Of a stretch of 64,000 nucleotides of DNA, positions 27,096 through 44,825 are shown piece after piece. Source of the stretch: the human T2T-CHM13v2.0 reference genome, Homo sapiens. The stretch lies in assembly GCF_009914755.1 (NCBI RefSeq), contig NC_060932.1; one strand, given 5' to 3'. The first letter of the stretch is position 1. Every line of letters starts with the position of its first letter. The translations under genes were made by a program, and so were the position numbers. The notes under the pieces were generated by a model. That model ran no database searches, had not been told where the DNA came from, and was given only the letters and a program-made list of their open reading frames with translations.

Positions 27096-29315
27096 TTAAA
27101 TGCTTCAGGTGGTGAAACAGAATTTTCTGAAGACCAGACTCTTGTACATAATGGGAATTTTCTTCTAGAAGTTGGAGGTGTTTTAAGGACTTTATGTGCC
27201 TCAGAGAGGAGAAGGTAATTCTGAGTAGTTGTTAAAACATGCTATTGACATATATAGCATGATAGAGCATGGGAGGCCTTGGGGATGGAGAAGTATCAGT
27301 AATTAAAGAAAGTCTGTTGGGTCTGATATTAGGGATTATATGTGGCTTTGTTTCTGCCAGGGTCTGTTTCTATGGCAGAATACCTGACAATATTCAAACC
27401 AATATTTGGGAAGCTAGAAGTTTCAGGGACACTTTTTGGTCAATGCCTGACCACATCCTAGGGGGAAAAACATCATATGCACATACAATTGAGTGATTCT
27501 TGCAGCAAACTGTACCAGAGGATACTATGGAATGCCATTTGGAAAAATCAGGCTCTCCTAGAATATGCTGCTGGGGGTGTGAGAAGCTTACAGCAACATT
27601 CACTGGAGAAATTCAGGCTTATAGCAGTCCTCAAATCCTTGCTATTAGTGAAACTAATTCCAGAAAAGCAAAAAAAGAGTCAATGAGGCTCTCAGGGATA
27701 AAATATAACAGTAGGATTGTGACTAGAGATGGAGCAGAGGTGAGTCTCAGGGTGAGGTCTGAGCAGTGCTCCTCAGATCTTTTTGGATCTCCACATCCCA
27801 TATGGGGCCCTGGATGGGACCAAATCCTTCAATTGCTGCCAGTGAGGGAAGCCTGGTCGCAAAAAAGAAGAGCTAGAATCACTTGCAAGCCCGTCACTGG
27901 TAGCCAGCAGGCCTCAGTAAATATAGAATAGGTTGAGGAGGAAAAAAATGGTGAAGGGAATGGCTTCCTCTCAAGGCAGTATTTGGTGAACCAGTGTACT
28001 ATTGTTACTCAGACCGCATGATTATTTTGAGAGACTTTGGTGGAGACATTGAAAGTTTGAAATTTTGGGATGATGCTCCTTCGCTCTCCCCTAAACATCT
28101 CTTGGTACACACAGCCTCTGCTTATGGACCAGTAGATATTAATGTGGGATTCAGAAGAAGGGTGAGGGCTTGGTTGTGCTTCCTGACCAGATTGATGGAG
28201 ACAGAAGCATAAGGAAGAATCCTGCAGGAATCATGGGAAGGACTCTCTATTCTATGTGTGTAGAAATTAAGATTTAGGTCTAGGATAACAAGATTCTCAA
28301 GGAATAGAAAACCCATAGCCAATACTTGGAATCCAACAATAATGGTAAACACAATAGCCTCTTACTTTAAAAAGATCATATTCAATTATTTGAAATTAAC
28401 TTTCTTATGTTGTTTGATGTAATCCTCAAAACGAATGAGAAAATATTATTACTTCCATTTTTATTAATGCTAACCATGAGGTTCTAGACGATAGAATCTG
28501 ATTTCACACTAAAGTGGGACTAATTTGATTTCTTTGTCTTTCCTTGTATGACAAACTATTCAAAAAGCATGATTTAAAACCAATGCTGATATACACTGAG
28601 AAGTTCACAGAATTTTCCATGGAATACAGGAGTTATGTTTTCCGAGGGAGCATTGTACTTATTGGGACCTTACTGTTGGCATTTAGTCATGGATTTTCCG
28701 CATGGCTTTTCTTGCATTACTGTCCTGAGATTTAGATCTGTAAGTCTTTCTCTTTAATAAAACAATACTCTTCCTAAGGGTAGGCAAATATTTCTGTAGG
28801 TTACACAGTGCCTAGCCCAATGACATCTACACAGTGTTACTAAATTACTATTTGGTGACTTTTTTCTGCAATAGTGTGAGATAAAACTGTCTTTGATGTT
28901 ACCTTGTAAATTTTACATAGATGACAGACTTTAAAATTTTGTATTCTGTGTGATTTTTCTGTAATTTCTTTTTACTGGCATGTGGTAAGGAATTGCCTAA
29001 TAATAAAAAAGCACATGTGAACAGATATGAAATCCTCGATGTTGAAATTTCCATCTCTCTCTTTGTGAAATATTGTTTTGAAAAATAAAGTAAGTAAAAA
29101 TCAGCAGTAGCTGGTTAGTGTTAAGAAAATGTTATCTGAGTTAAGAAAAAATGTTGTCTGAGTGACCTTTAAATTTCTAGTTTGTTAGAAATTAACATCC
29201 TCAGGAGTACAAGTGAAAGATTCCTAAAGAAGATTTCAAAATTGCTTCCACTGTGTTTGAGACATTATGAGAAAACTATGTGCTAACAGGATTCAATGAC
29301 ACTGAATGGGGAATT

Positions 29316-30221
29316 TGTTGCAACGGGTTCATATGTCTGTTTCGCAGCAAGAGACCAATATACTGAGACAGCAGGGTTTGCAGCAGAGAAAGAGTTTAAC
29401 GATTGCAGCATGCCCAAGTGAGGGGATGGGAGGAGACTCTCAAATTCATCTTCCTGAGGCGTTCTGGTTCGGATTTTTTTTTTTTTTTTTTTTTGAGACA
29501 GAGTCTTCCTCTGTCATCCAGGCTGGAGTGCAGTGCAGTGGCATGATCTTGGCTCACTGCAACCTCCGTCTCCTGGGTTCAAGCAATACTCCTGCCTCAG
29601 CCTCCCGAGTAGCTGGGATTACCAGCACCTGCTGCCATGCCCAGCTAATTTTTGCATTTTTAGTAGAGACGGGGTTTCACGATGTTGGCCAGGCTCGCCT
29701 CAAACTCCTGACCTCAAGTGATCCACCTGCCTCAGCCTCCAAAGTGCTGGGATTACAGGCATGAGCCACCGGGCCCAGCCCTGGTTTAGGGTTTTTAAGG
29801 GGATCATGGAGGGCAATGTGCTGGAAAACTGGGGTCATTGATTGGTCAAAGTAAGTAGGATGAAATCATCAGGATGTAGAAATTGCATTCTTTCATAAGT
29901 TGGCTTCTCATGGGGTCCTTTAGACCAGTTGAAATCAATAGTTTCACTGGTATGCAAGACATGAAAAAATGTCTCAAAGGGAAAACTTAACATTTCATAA
30001 TGTTCAAGTTGCTGTCTATAGAGCAAGTAAGGGAGACTATAATCTTGTGACAGTGTTTATGTGATTCTGGTGTGATAGTCAGCAAACAGCTATGAGGAAG
30101 CAGGTCAGACAGCAGGCTGACCTAATGATAATGCTGAGTGTGCTGCAAGCTGTGTTTAATTTTCATGTGTCTCCTACCCTTCTTCCTGGATTAATTTTAC
30201 AAAGTTTATCGAATGGGTTTA
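29316..30221 (-). mobile_element. ERV1 MER4-group solo LTR with inserted Alu
   Basis: gagaccaatatactgagacagcagggtttgcagcagagaaagagtttaa is typical of MER4-group LTR antisense; subfamily uncertain. Confidence 0.7.
29474..29780 (-). mobile_element. Alu
   Basis: Poly-T plus reverse-complement Alu. Confidence 0.97.
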
Positions 30222-31413
30222 GATTTACAGTATAAATGGAAAGACTTTCAGATTTTAGCTACTTTCGTGGTCTTCTTTATTTCTCAGGAAATAATATTTA
30301 TTTTCTTCCTTCTATTGGGAATGATATAGTTAACTCCTTCCATACTTAGTAAGTTAGGAGAATTTTCTTTCCCCCATCCCCTTTCTTTTATCAAGTCAGA
30401 GAAAGAGGATAGAATGAGAAATTTTAGATAAAACATGACTCTTTTTAAAGGAAAGTTGCTTACTTGAAAACATAAACAAGAGTAAATGATTTCCCCAATA
30501 TCAAATATTGATCATTTCCACTATGACAAATAGATAACTAGACAAATTTTTCCTTTGAAAATATGTTTTTATGTATTTGACATGGAGGAAAATATTGATT
30601 TTGTTTAAACTTCCAGAAGAGTGTTTCACTTGAGTGCTAATTCACGGTTGTGGTAGAAAGGGAGATGCAGAATGCTGTGATATCATTTGTCTTCTTACCC
30701 ATCATAGTCTTAACAATTTTATTTTTTTCATACAACTCTATGCATTCTCACTTTCTCTCAGATGGTCCCTCCAGACTTCTTAACACTTACAGAACACTTT
30801 CAAGACTAAAATTTTTAAATCTAAACCAGGCATTAAAATTTTTTTCACAGGTAAGAATAAAACCATTCTCATTAATTTTAATGAGTGTTTAATATAGAAT
30901 TTCAGAATTTTTTTAACAAAGACTCTTAATAATTGCTAACTGTCAGCATTAGTATTTTCTCTGTTTCACCCAGTTTCTCAGAGCTGCTTCAGAAACTGAG
31001 AGAAGTGAAATATGTTCTTTTTTATACCTTCATTTTCTAAAAATAAAATGACCAACTGATTAAAAAAAAAACCAAAAGAAAAAAAAAAAAACTTGTGAGT
31101 AGTCAAGCTGAAAAGAAAGTCATCAAAAATAAATAACAGAAAACCTGAAAAAATCTTTTAACCAAACTTTGCATTAAAAAAGAAGAAGAAGAAAAAAGGA
31201 AAAAAGGAAAGGAATCTGAGTCAATAAAAAATTATTCACTGTGATAAAATAGCACCAGGTAGTTTTACTACCTGGTTTTCTCTTGCTCATGAGACTGTTT
31301 TTAAAGAAAGTTCAAGAGATGTCAGTTCAGTCTCAGCTGGGGTCATAAACTCATTCCAAAGAACCACTAGATGTGGTGGTGACCACAATCAAATGTTTTT
31401 TTAAAAAAAACCC

Positions 31414-31749
<336 letters not shown>

Positions 31750-34392
31750 TCACTTAGAGATGTCTTTTCACAAAAAATCAACACCATTCTTAAAATATTT
31801 TTACAAAGAAAATTAGCAAAATACAGAGAAATTGAAACAGTAGAAGAGAGTGTAATGAATCCCTCATATGCATCATCTAGATTTAATAATTTACTAGTAT
31901 TTATTAATATTTTTACTATATTTATTACATGTTTCAGATTTATGCAACTTTATTACCCTTAGGTTTGTTTTTATTTTTTATTGAGGTGTAATTTACATAA
32001 AATAAAATTCCTCAGTGTGAGGTAGATAATTTTATGAGATTTGACAAATGCATACAGTCAGGTAGCAAGCACCAGAATCATGATAGAGAACATTCCATCA
32101 TCCTGAAATTTTCTAATGGTCATTTGTAATCAATTCCTTTCCTCCACTGAAGCCTCAGTAAAACACTGATTTACCTTCTTATTCTATAGTTTCGTCTTTT
32201 CCAGAATTTCATATAAATAGAATCATAAGGTGTGTAATATTTTGTGTCTGGCTTCTTTCGCTTCATATAATGCTTTTGAGATTCATACATGTTATTAAAC
32301 ATCAATAATTTTTCCTTTATATCTTATATTAATGCTCCATTGTATGGATATATTAAAGTTTTCCATTCTGTAGCTAATGGACCTTTTTTTTTTTTCCCCC
32401 AGTTTTTGGCTACTCTGAATAAAGCTGTTATGAACATCTGCATCCATGCCTTTGTGTGGACATTTATGTTTCATTTCTCTTGGGTAAATACCTAGAAGTG
32501 AGATTCTGGGTTATATTACAAGTGTGTAATTTTATTAAAAAAAACTGCCGATCTATTTTCCAAAGTGACCACTTTGCATTCTCACCAGCAGTGACTGAGA
32601 GTTCCGGTTTTCCACTAGTAATTGATTGTGTCTTTTTATTTCAGTCATTCTGGTGACTGTAGTGGTATCTCAAAGTGGTTTTAATTTGCATTGCTCTAAT
32701 TACTAATTATATTGAACATCTTTCTATGTGCTTATTTGCCATTTGTATATCATCTTCTGTGAAGCTTCAGTTTAAATCTTTGCCCAATAAAAAAAAAAAG
32801 GTTGTCCTCTTATCATTTACTTTTAAGGTTTTTTATGTACTCTAGAGATATGTCCTTTACCAGATATGTGTTTTGCAAATATTTTCTTCCAGTTTGTGGC
32901 TTGTGTTTTTATTTTCTTAACAGTAAATTTTGAAGAGCATAAGTTTTTAATTTTGATGAATTCCAAATTACCAATTTGCTTTAATAGTTTTTGTTTTCTG
33001 ATAGAATAGTAAAAACATTTTGTCTGAGTCCAGATTTCCAAGATTTGTTCTTTAATAAGTTTTATAGCTTTCTATTTCAAATTAAGTTATGAATATGATA
33101 TTAAGTAAAGATCCAAGAATTTTTTCTACGTATGGTCATTCAATTGTTCTAAACACTTAGAAAAAACTATCAGTTCCCCATGAATTATTTTGTTACCTTT
33201 ATAAAAAATTAATTTACTGCATATATGTGGAAATATTTCTGGGCTCTCTATTCTGTTCCATTTATCTACTAATCTTTTATGCCAGTACTACAACTGTCGT
33301 GTTTCTGTAGTTTTGTAGTGAGTTTTGAGATCATGTGGTTTAAGTCCTCAGCTTTGTTCTGCCTTTTCAAAATTATTTGGCTGCTGGAGTTTCTTTGCAG
33401 TTCCATATAGAGTTTTATAGTCAGTTTATCAATTTCTATAACTGGGGTTTTGATTGGTATTGTGTTGATCAGTTTGGATGGATCTGACATTTTAACAATA
33501 TTGAGTCTTGTAATTAATGAACAGAGTATTGATATACATATATTTAGGGTTTCTTTATTTTTTTCAGCAATTATGTATCTTTCAGTGGATAAAGTATAAC
33601 ACATATTTTGCTAAAATTATTCTTAAATATTTCATAATTTTTGATGCATTGTAAATGATACTATTGTTTAAATTTCAACTTCTAATTTTTCATTGCCAGG
33701 AGACAGAAATACAGTTAATGCTTGTATAGTGTGTCCTGTGACGTTGCTAAACTCACTTGTTAGTTCTAGTCACAGATTACTTAGGATTTTTTCCATAGAC
33801 AATCACATAATCTGTGAACAAAGAGAGTTTTTTTTTTTTCAATCTGTCTGTTTTTTGTTCCTCCCCCCTCTTTTTTTTGTTTTATTGCATTGGCTAGGAC
33901 TTCCAGTATAATATTGCCTAGAAGTGATGAGTGTGGACATACTTACCTTTTTCCAATTTTAAGAGAAAATCAAAAAAGCCTTCTGTCTTTTACCATTATG
34001 TATGCTGTTAGTTACTGGGTTTTTTTTTGTTTGCTTGTTTAATAGATGTTCTATTTTTTAGACGTTGAGAATTTCCCTTCTAATCCCATTTTGCTGAGAA
34101 TTTTTATCATATGTAGATGTTGGATTTTATTCAAATGTTTTATTCCTATATATTAAGATTATCATGTTTTTTCCTCATTATTCTGTTTATATGGTTGTTG
34201 TTTTGATTTTGTGGTAAAGCCTAGTAAATGATGATGTGTTATTCTTTTATATATTATTGGATTTGCTAAAAATTTTGTTGAGGATTTTTGTGTGTATGTT
34301 TTTGAGAAATATTGATCTATAGGTTTATTTTTCTTGTAATTTTGTAGTATGTTTTAGGTAGTCATGTAATACTTGCCTAATAAAGAATTGGG

Positions 34393-34697
34393 GCCAAGAG
34401 CCATGGCTCACGCCTGTAATCCCAGCACTTTGGGAAGCCTAGGCAGGCGGATCACTTAAGGTCAGGAGTTTGAGACCAGCCTGGCCAACATAGTGAAACC
34501 CTGTCTCTACTGAAAATACAAAAATTAGCCGGGCATGGTGGTGGGTACCTGTAATTCTGCTACGCTTGAGGCTGAGTCAGGAGAATCACTTGAACCCGGG
34601 AGGAGGAGGTTGCAGTGAGCCGAGATCATGCCACTGCACTCTAGCCCAGGCGACAGAGACTTAGTGTCACACATACACCCCCCACCACACACACACA
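34393..34697 (+). mobile_element. Alu with CA-type tail
   Basis: Alu body; TSD aattggg. Confidence 0.96.
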
Positions 34698-35292
34698 AAA
34701 TTGGGAAGTGTTTTTTTCCTGTATGATTTTTTGGAAGAGTTTTTTGGACTTTCTTAGAATTCACCAGTTAAGTTTATAAACTTAAAGTTTTCTTTGTGGA
34801 AAGTTTAAAAAAATCAAATTTAATTTTTAAAATAGATATACACTTTTCAAATTATCCACTTTTTCTTAAGTGAGACTTAATAAATTTGTGATTTTCAAGG
34901 AATGTATTCATTTAATCTATTTTTGTGAAATTTATTGGCATGATAATCCCTTATAACCCTGTTAATGTCTGTAGGGTCTGAAGTGATAGTTGGTAATTTG
35001 TTTCTTCTCTTTCTCTTTTTTTATTTGATCAGCTCAGCTAGAAATTTATCAGTTTTATTAATCTTTGAAAAAAACAGTTTTGGCTTCATTGATTTTTTTA
35101 AAATTGTTTTTTCAGTATTCTATTTCATTGATTTATTTTCTTATCTTTGTTGTTTTCTTCCTTCTACTTACTGTAAGTTTAATTTACTCTTCTTTTGCTA
35201 GGTTTTTTTTTATAAGATGAATGTTTAGATCACTGGTTTGAAACCTTTGCACTCTTTTGACATAAGCATTTAATGTTATATTTTTCCTCTAA

Positions 35293-35655
<363 letters not shown>

Positions 35656-36293
35656 CAGAAACTCTTACTTAGTTAAAATATTTTCTAATTTATTGTTTTT
35701 GTTTCTCACTCATGTTTAGAGTTATTTAAATTTCAGACATTTGAAGCTTTTCTAAATGTTTTTATTTTTGTTAACTTTTAATTTAATTCTGTTGTGGTCA
35801 GAAGGCATACTCTGTTAAGATTTAAATATTTTGAGATCTATTGAGACGTGTTAAGGCCTAGCATATGATCCATGTTGGTGAATGCTTTATATGCACTTCC
35901 AAAAAATGTGTATTCTTCGGTTTCTGAATACAGCGTTCTAAAAATGTCAATTAGGTAAAGATAGTTGTTAATGTCATTCAGGTGTTCTATATTCATACAA
36001 TATTTTTATCTATTTTTTCTATAAATTACTGAAAAGAGTGTGTTAGAGTCTTAAAGATGATTTGGATTTGTCTGTTTTTCTTTAGTTCCGTAACTTCTTC
36101 ATATATTTTCATCTCTCTTGTTAGGCACATAGATATTTATAATTGTTATATCTTCCTGATATATTGAAGCTTATATCATTGTCCATAGCAATATTCCCTG
36201 TTTTGATGTCTATTTTGTCTAATTTAATATGCCACTTCAACTTTCTTATGCTTTCTCAGTGTGTTTGTATTTTTGTATTTAAAATGCACCCCC

Positions 36294-36586
<293 letters not shown>

Positions 36587-36799
36587 AGTGCACCCCCTTT
36601 GTAGATAACAAAGAATTGAGTTTTGCTTTTATATCTAGTCTGGCAATCTTTGCCTTTTGATTGGAGTATTTGGTCTATTTACATTTAATATAATTACTGA
36701 TAAGATGGTTTTTAGTCTGACATTTTGCTATTTGTTTTATATTGATCTTACTTGATTTTGTTCTCTGTCCTTTTCTGTTTTTTTTGTTTGTTTTTGTTT

Positions 36800-36825
36800 T
36801 GTGTGTGTGTGTGTGTGTGTGTGTG
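36800..36825. repeat. (TG)n microsatellite
   Basis: Direct. Confidence 0.95.
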
Positions 36826-36960
36826 GTAACCACTTATTTTTTGTTTCTATGTTTAGTGCCATAAAAAGTTACCCATATATTTTTGAAGTATCATATACAA
36901 TGTGATTCAATTGATATAAAGCTTTATATGGAGAGATAAGTTACATGTATATGATACACA

Positions 36961-37102
36961 TGTGTTACAGCCTAAATGTTTGTGTCCTTCAAAATGTTGA
37001 AGCTCTAACCCCAAATTTGACTGTGCCTGGAGACAGAGCCTTTATGGAAGTAATTAAGGTTAAATGGGGTCATAAGGGTAGAGTCCTGATCCAAAAGGAT
37101 TT
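36961..37102 (+). mobile_element. MaLR LTR 5' fragment (MLT1A/B- or MST-like)
   Basis: tgttacagcctaaatgtttgtgtcc...gtaattaaggttaaatggggtcataagggt; remainder absent. Confidence 0.75.
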
Positions 37103-37311
37103 ATATCTTTCTCTTCCTTTCTTTTCTTCTTCTTTTCTTTTCTTTTTCTTCCTTCCTTCCTTCCTTCCTTCCTTCCTTCCTTCCTTCCTTCCTTCCTTTC
37201 CTTTTCTTTCTTTCTCAAAAGCTTTGGTTACATGAGTGTATTCTATAGTGGTGAATTCTGATATCTTAGCGTATTTGTCACCCAAGTAGTGTACATTGTA
37301 CCCAATATGTA

Positions 37312-37612
37312 GTTTTTTTTTCTTTTTTTGAGACGGAATCTGGCTCTGTCGCCCAGGCTGGAGTACAGTGGTGCATCTCCGCTCACTGCAAGCTCCACCT
37401 CCTGGGTTCACACCATTTTCCTGCCTCAGCCTCCCGAGTAGCTGGGACTACAGGCACCCACCACCACACCCAGCTAATTTTTTGTATTTTTTTTGGTAGA
37501 GATGGGGTTTCACGGTGTTAACCAGTATGGTCTTGATCTCCTGACCTCATGATCTGCCTGCCTGAGCCTCCCAAAGTGTTGGAATTACAGGCATGAGCCA
37601 CCGCGCCTGGCC
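37312..37612 (-). mobile_element. Alu
   Basis: TSD cccaatatgtagttttt. Confidence 0.97.
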
Positions 37613-37822
37613 CCCAATATGTAGTTTTTTGTTCCTCATTCCTCTCCCACCTTTCCCCTTGCCTCTTCTGAGTCTCCAAAGTCTATTATACCACTCTGTA
37701 GGCCTTTGCATACTCATAGCTTATACGTGCAAATATATGGTGTTTGGTTTTCCATTCCTGAGTTACTTCACTTAGAATAGTGTTCTACATCTCTATCCAA
37801 GTTGCTTCAAGCCACTTTCATT

Positions 37823-38122
<300 letters not shown>

Positions 38123-39729
38123 CTCATTCTTTTTAATGGCTGAAAAGTGTTCCATGGTGCCAGTACACATTTTCTGTATCCACTCATCGATTGATGGACA
38201 CTTAGACTGGTTCCATATCTTACCAATTGTGGATTGTGCTGTGATAAGCATATGTGTGTAGATGTCTTCTTGATATAATGACTTCTTTTCTTTTGGGTAG
38301 ATACCCAGTAGTGGGGTTACTGGATCAAATGGTAGACCTACTTTTAGTTCTTTAATAAATCTCCATGCTGTTTTTCATAGAAGTTGTACGAATTTACATT
38401 CCTCCAGTGTATAAGCATTCCCTTTTCACCACATCCATGCCAAGATCTCTTGTTTTTTAATAATGGCCATTCTGGCTGGGGTAAAGTAGTATCTCATTGT
38501 GATTTTAATTTGCATTTCCCTGATGATTAGTGATGTTGAGAATTTTTCATATGTTTGTTGTCCATTTGTAGCTCTTCTTTTGAGAAATGTCCTTTCATGT
38601 CATTTTCTCACTTTTTGATGGGATTATTTGGGTTTTTTCTTGCTGATTTGTTTGAATCCCTTATAATTTCTTGGTATTAGCCCTTTGTTGGATGCATACT
38701 TTGCAAATATTTTCTCTCATTCTGTGGGTTTTCTGTTTACTCTGATGATTATTTCTTCTGTTGTAGAGAAGGTTTTTAGTTAAATAGGTCTCATTTATTT
38801 ATTTTTGTTTTTGTCCTGTTTGCTTTTAGGGTCTTAGTCATAATTTCTTTGCCTAGGCCAATGTCCAGAAGAATTTTTCCTAGGTTTTCTTCTAGAATTT
38901 TTATGGTTTCCCACCTTAGATTTAAGTCTTTGATTCATTTTGAGTTGACTTTTGTATATAGTGAGAGATAGGAATCCAGTTTCATCCTTCTACATGTGAC
39001 TATCCAGTTTTCCCAGCACGATTTTTGAACAGGATGTCCTGTCCTCAATTTTTGTTTTTGTATGCTTTGTCAAAGATCAGTTGGTTGGAAGTATTTGGCT
39101 TTCTTTCTGGGTTCTCTATTCTGTTCCATTGGTCTATGTATCTACTTTTATAGCAGTATCATGCTGTTTTGGAAACTGTTGCCTGTAGTATAATTTAAAT
39201 TCAGGTAATGTGATGCCTCCAGATTTGTTCTTTTTGCTTAGAATTACTTTGGCTATTTGGGCTCTTTTTTTCCCATATGAATTTTAGGATTGTTTTCTAA
39301 TTCTGTGAAAATAATTTTGTTATTTTGATAGGAATTGTACTGAATCTGTAGATTGCTTTGGCCAGTACGGTCATTTTCATGACATTGATTATTACAATCC
39401 ATGAGCATGGGATGTATCTCTATTTGTGTCACCTGTCATTTCTTTCAGTAGTGTTTTGTAGTTCTCCTTGCAGAGCTCTGTCACCTCCTTTGTTAAGTAT
39501 ATTCCTAGGTGGTTTTTTTAATTTATTTATTTTTGCAGCTATTGTAAAAGGGATTGGATTCTTGATTTGATTCTCATCTTGGTTGTTGTTGGTGTGTAGC
39601 AGTGCTACTCTATTGGGTACTTTGATTTTGTGACCGGAGACTTTACCTAATTCATTTATCAAATCTAGGAGTCTTTTGGAGGAGTCCTTAGGGTTTTTTA
39701 AGTATATGATCATGTCATCAGCAAACAGC

Positions 39730-40187
39730 TGTGAACTCAGAAAATATGAGACAGGTCTTAGATAATTTCGAAAGTTTATTTTGCCAAGGTTGAGGATGAA
39801 CCTGCGACACAGCCTCAGGAAGTCCTGACGACATGTGCCCAAGGTGGTCAGGGCACAACTTGGTTTTATACAATTTAGGGAGACATGAGACATTAATCAA
39901 CGTATATAAGAAGCACATTGGTTTGGTCCAAAAGGGTGGGACAACTTGAAGCAAAGGCAGGAAGCAGGGAGGGAGCTTCCAGATCACTTACAGGTGAGAC
40001 AAAAAGGGTTGCATTCTTCTGAGTTTCTGATTAGCCTTTCCAAAGGAGGCAATCTAATCAGACCCGCAGCTTTCTCAGTAAGCAGAGGGATAACTTTGAA
40101 TAGAATGGGAGGCAGGTTTGCCCTAAGCAGTTTCCAGCTCGTGTTTTCCTTAGTGATTTTGGGGGCCCAGGATATTTTCCTTTCATA
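39730..40187 (-). mobile_element. MER4A-like solo LTR in L1 ORF2
   Basis: Minus strand starts t(a)tgaaaggaaaatatcctgggcccccaaaatcactaagg; 4-bp TSD cagc/cagt. Confidence 0.88.
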
Positions 40188-40270
40188 CAGTCGCAGTTTG
40201 ACTTCCTCTTTTCCAGGTTGGATGCCTTTCATTTCTATCTCTTGCCTGATTGCTCCGGCTAGGACTTCCA

Positions 40271-41900
<1,630 letters not shown>

Positions 41901-41934
41901 AGCTCTGACTGAACCCAACATTAAAAAGAAATCT

Positions 41935-42230
<296 letters not shown>

Positions 42231-44594
42231 TCACTCACCTAAGGTATATATTAACACACTGCCAAGTATCTGCAGGTTTCCATACCACATATCTTCTCTA
42301 GCTATGCTTTGTAAGTCTCTGGCTTCTAAAAAAGTAGTCGTTGTCACACTGACCATTTACTGTTTATTTGCTTTGTTTGATTAATATAAATAGCTACAGT
42401 GAAAAAAATTAAGACCCTTAAAAATGCCTATTTAGGACTGGAGTTACTGATACTGATTCTGTTGACTTAGTCTTCATTATGTGTTGAATTCCTGAATCAC
42501 AGGGAGCTTCTTTTTTTATATTATGCAGCTCAAGTATGTTCCTATATATTAGATTATATCAACTTGATTAAATTTGCTTTTATATGTTTCAACTGGCAGT
42601 CATTTCCATGGGCAAAATAAAAACCTTTGAATTATCTTCTTATTTGATTAGGACATGCTGTATTTTTTAAAACATTTTTTTCTCTTTTCTAAATCAAGAT
42701 TTATTCATCTTAATTAGAAGTGGTAGGCCCTACAGCCAAATTTTAAATCAAGCCAACAGCCCCAGTTTTTGACATGGCAGTGGACATTGGTGTAAGGAAG
42801 TCTTCCTTTATTATCATTCTCTATGGAAGAAGGAAGCAGAGCAATTATTATTGCAGAGTAATTTAATACTGTTTTAATAAACATGGTCTTTCATCTTGGT
42901 AAGGAGTTCTGGGATTCATGAGGATGTCCATTTTCTGTGAAATACTATCCCGTTTAAGCAGATTAATTCATAATCTATAGTCATATTATAAAAACATAAA
43001 AGAATAAAGATGAACTAAATTCTGAGAAGAGAATAAAATGTAAGAATCAATTAACTTGCATCCTTTTAAAAAATTATGATACTATTACTTTAATAGTTAG
43101 ATGTAGTTTTCCTCTTTCTTATCTGAGTTAATGTTCTTTCTTTATATCAGATACTTGACATGTTAGACTAGAGAAGAGGAATTAAAACTTGATTAATGGT
43201 CCCAAACAGTTTAGAGTTTAAATCATTCAGACACATTAAATTGTTATAAAGTGACGCTTGTTTTTAAATAGTGGGTGACTCTTTTAGTAGACATTATTTG
43301 GTGTTTAAATTACAGTTTACTTTCTCTACTCAGGAAGTGTTTTGGAGGAATAGCATTTTGGGCATTTTAGAGCACGTCTATGAAAGGAAATGTTTTTATG
43401 TAATGCTTTCTATGTAAAAGTGCTATGGAAACAAAGTTTTCCTCATACTTTTTTAATAGCAACTATTATTTTCTCTAAAGGGAAACAAAAAAACTAAATT
43501 GCAGGGAAATGAAAGGATTTTCTTCTGAAACTAGATGAAGTCTTTAATTCAATGGAATATTCATTTTATTTTTCATACGTGATTAGTCCTTTATTCTTCA
43601 GATTATTCCATGTTCTCCATATTTTTTGTATGTATTTTAATGTCTATGGGTCTATGTTTTAATATGTATGTAAAAATTTGCTCCATGGCACTTGAGGCAC
43701 AAAAAAAACTACATCCATTTATTTTACTGATTTTTAAATAATATTTTATCCAGGCCCCGCTTAACCACAATGTTTTAAATCCTCAGAATCATATTATTTT
43801 CCCCAGCCTCTGAGTTAGCCACGTTAGAATGAGGTATACCTCAGTATAATATGAGAGCCCCACGTTAATACCTTCCTGGCTACCTCCAATGGATTATTCA
43901 GATGCATATTGGAGAGGTGGCTCTTATGACTATGGCCAATTCCACCTCAGCCTGCTATCCATTACCAGATGGGCTTTTAGGTTTTCTTTCTGTTCTCCTT
44001 CCTTGGAGTCCTGGCTATTATGGTAAGACTAGATATAGATATCAGGAAACGTATTTTTGCAAGCAAAGCAAAAAGGAGCACTTCTGCTTCCTTAGAGATT
44101 GGTTGATATTTTTGAAATATACCACTGCTGTACTTGGGCAAAGCAAATATCTTACTCATTTTTCTAGAGATTTACATCTGCATTGCCTGGTCAGGATGTC
44201 TACATTGATAGCAGACAAAGGAGCATACCCAAGTGGCCAGATACGGAGTTTAATCCCTCTACTCAGTAGCCATTTCTGAGTATTCTCTGAAGCTGTGAAA
44301 TAGTCATGATAATTTTCTCAAAATCATATTATTGCACCAACTCTAGAAGCTGTAATACATGCTGGGGAATGTTATGCTTAGAAGGATTCTTAGCAATGTG
44401 GAGGGAGATTCCTATTGTCCAACAAAATGCATTTGCTCCAAACACACCACACCTTTTTTTTTTTAAAAAAAAGCAAATATGGCTTGATGTTTACTCATCA
44501 GAGTTGTCATAAAATTCAACCTCAGTCATCTGGGACCCACTTTTCCCTATTTCTTCAGGGTGAAACAAGATCAGTAGAACTTGCTTAGACTAGA

Positions 44595-44825
44595 GCAGAA
44601 TTTCTTAATCTTGACACTACTTACATTTTAGACCAGATAATTCTTTGTTTTGAGTGCTGTCCTGTACACTGGAGTGTGTTTAGCAGCATCCCAGCCTCTG
44701 CTCACAAGATATCAGAAGCATCATCTGGGTGCTCATGTGGGAAATGTAGAACCCTCCTCCTCTACATCTCTAGGCATCGCCAGATATCCCTTTGAATGGT
44801 AGTTGCTCCTGGTTGAGAACCACTG
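44595..44825. mobile_element. MER20 (hAT-Charlie)
   Basis: cagaatttcttaatcttgacact ... ggttgagaaccactg termini; tagcagcatccc core. Confidence 0.85.

Noticed and set aside
31254-31276. 10-bp hairpin accaggtagt-ttt-actacctggt
   Set aside because: About one such stem is expected by chance in 64 kb; no supporting context.
43830-43843. 14-bp perfect palindrome tgaggtatacctca
   Set aside because: Palindromes with 7-bp arms occur several times per 64 kb by chance.
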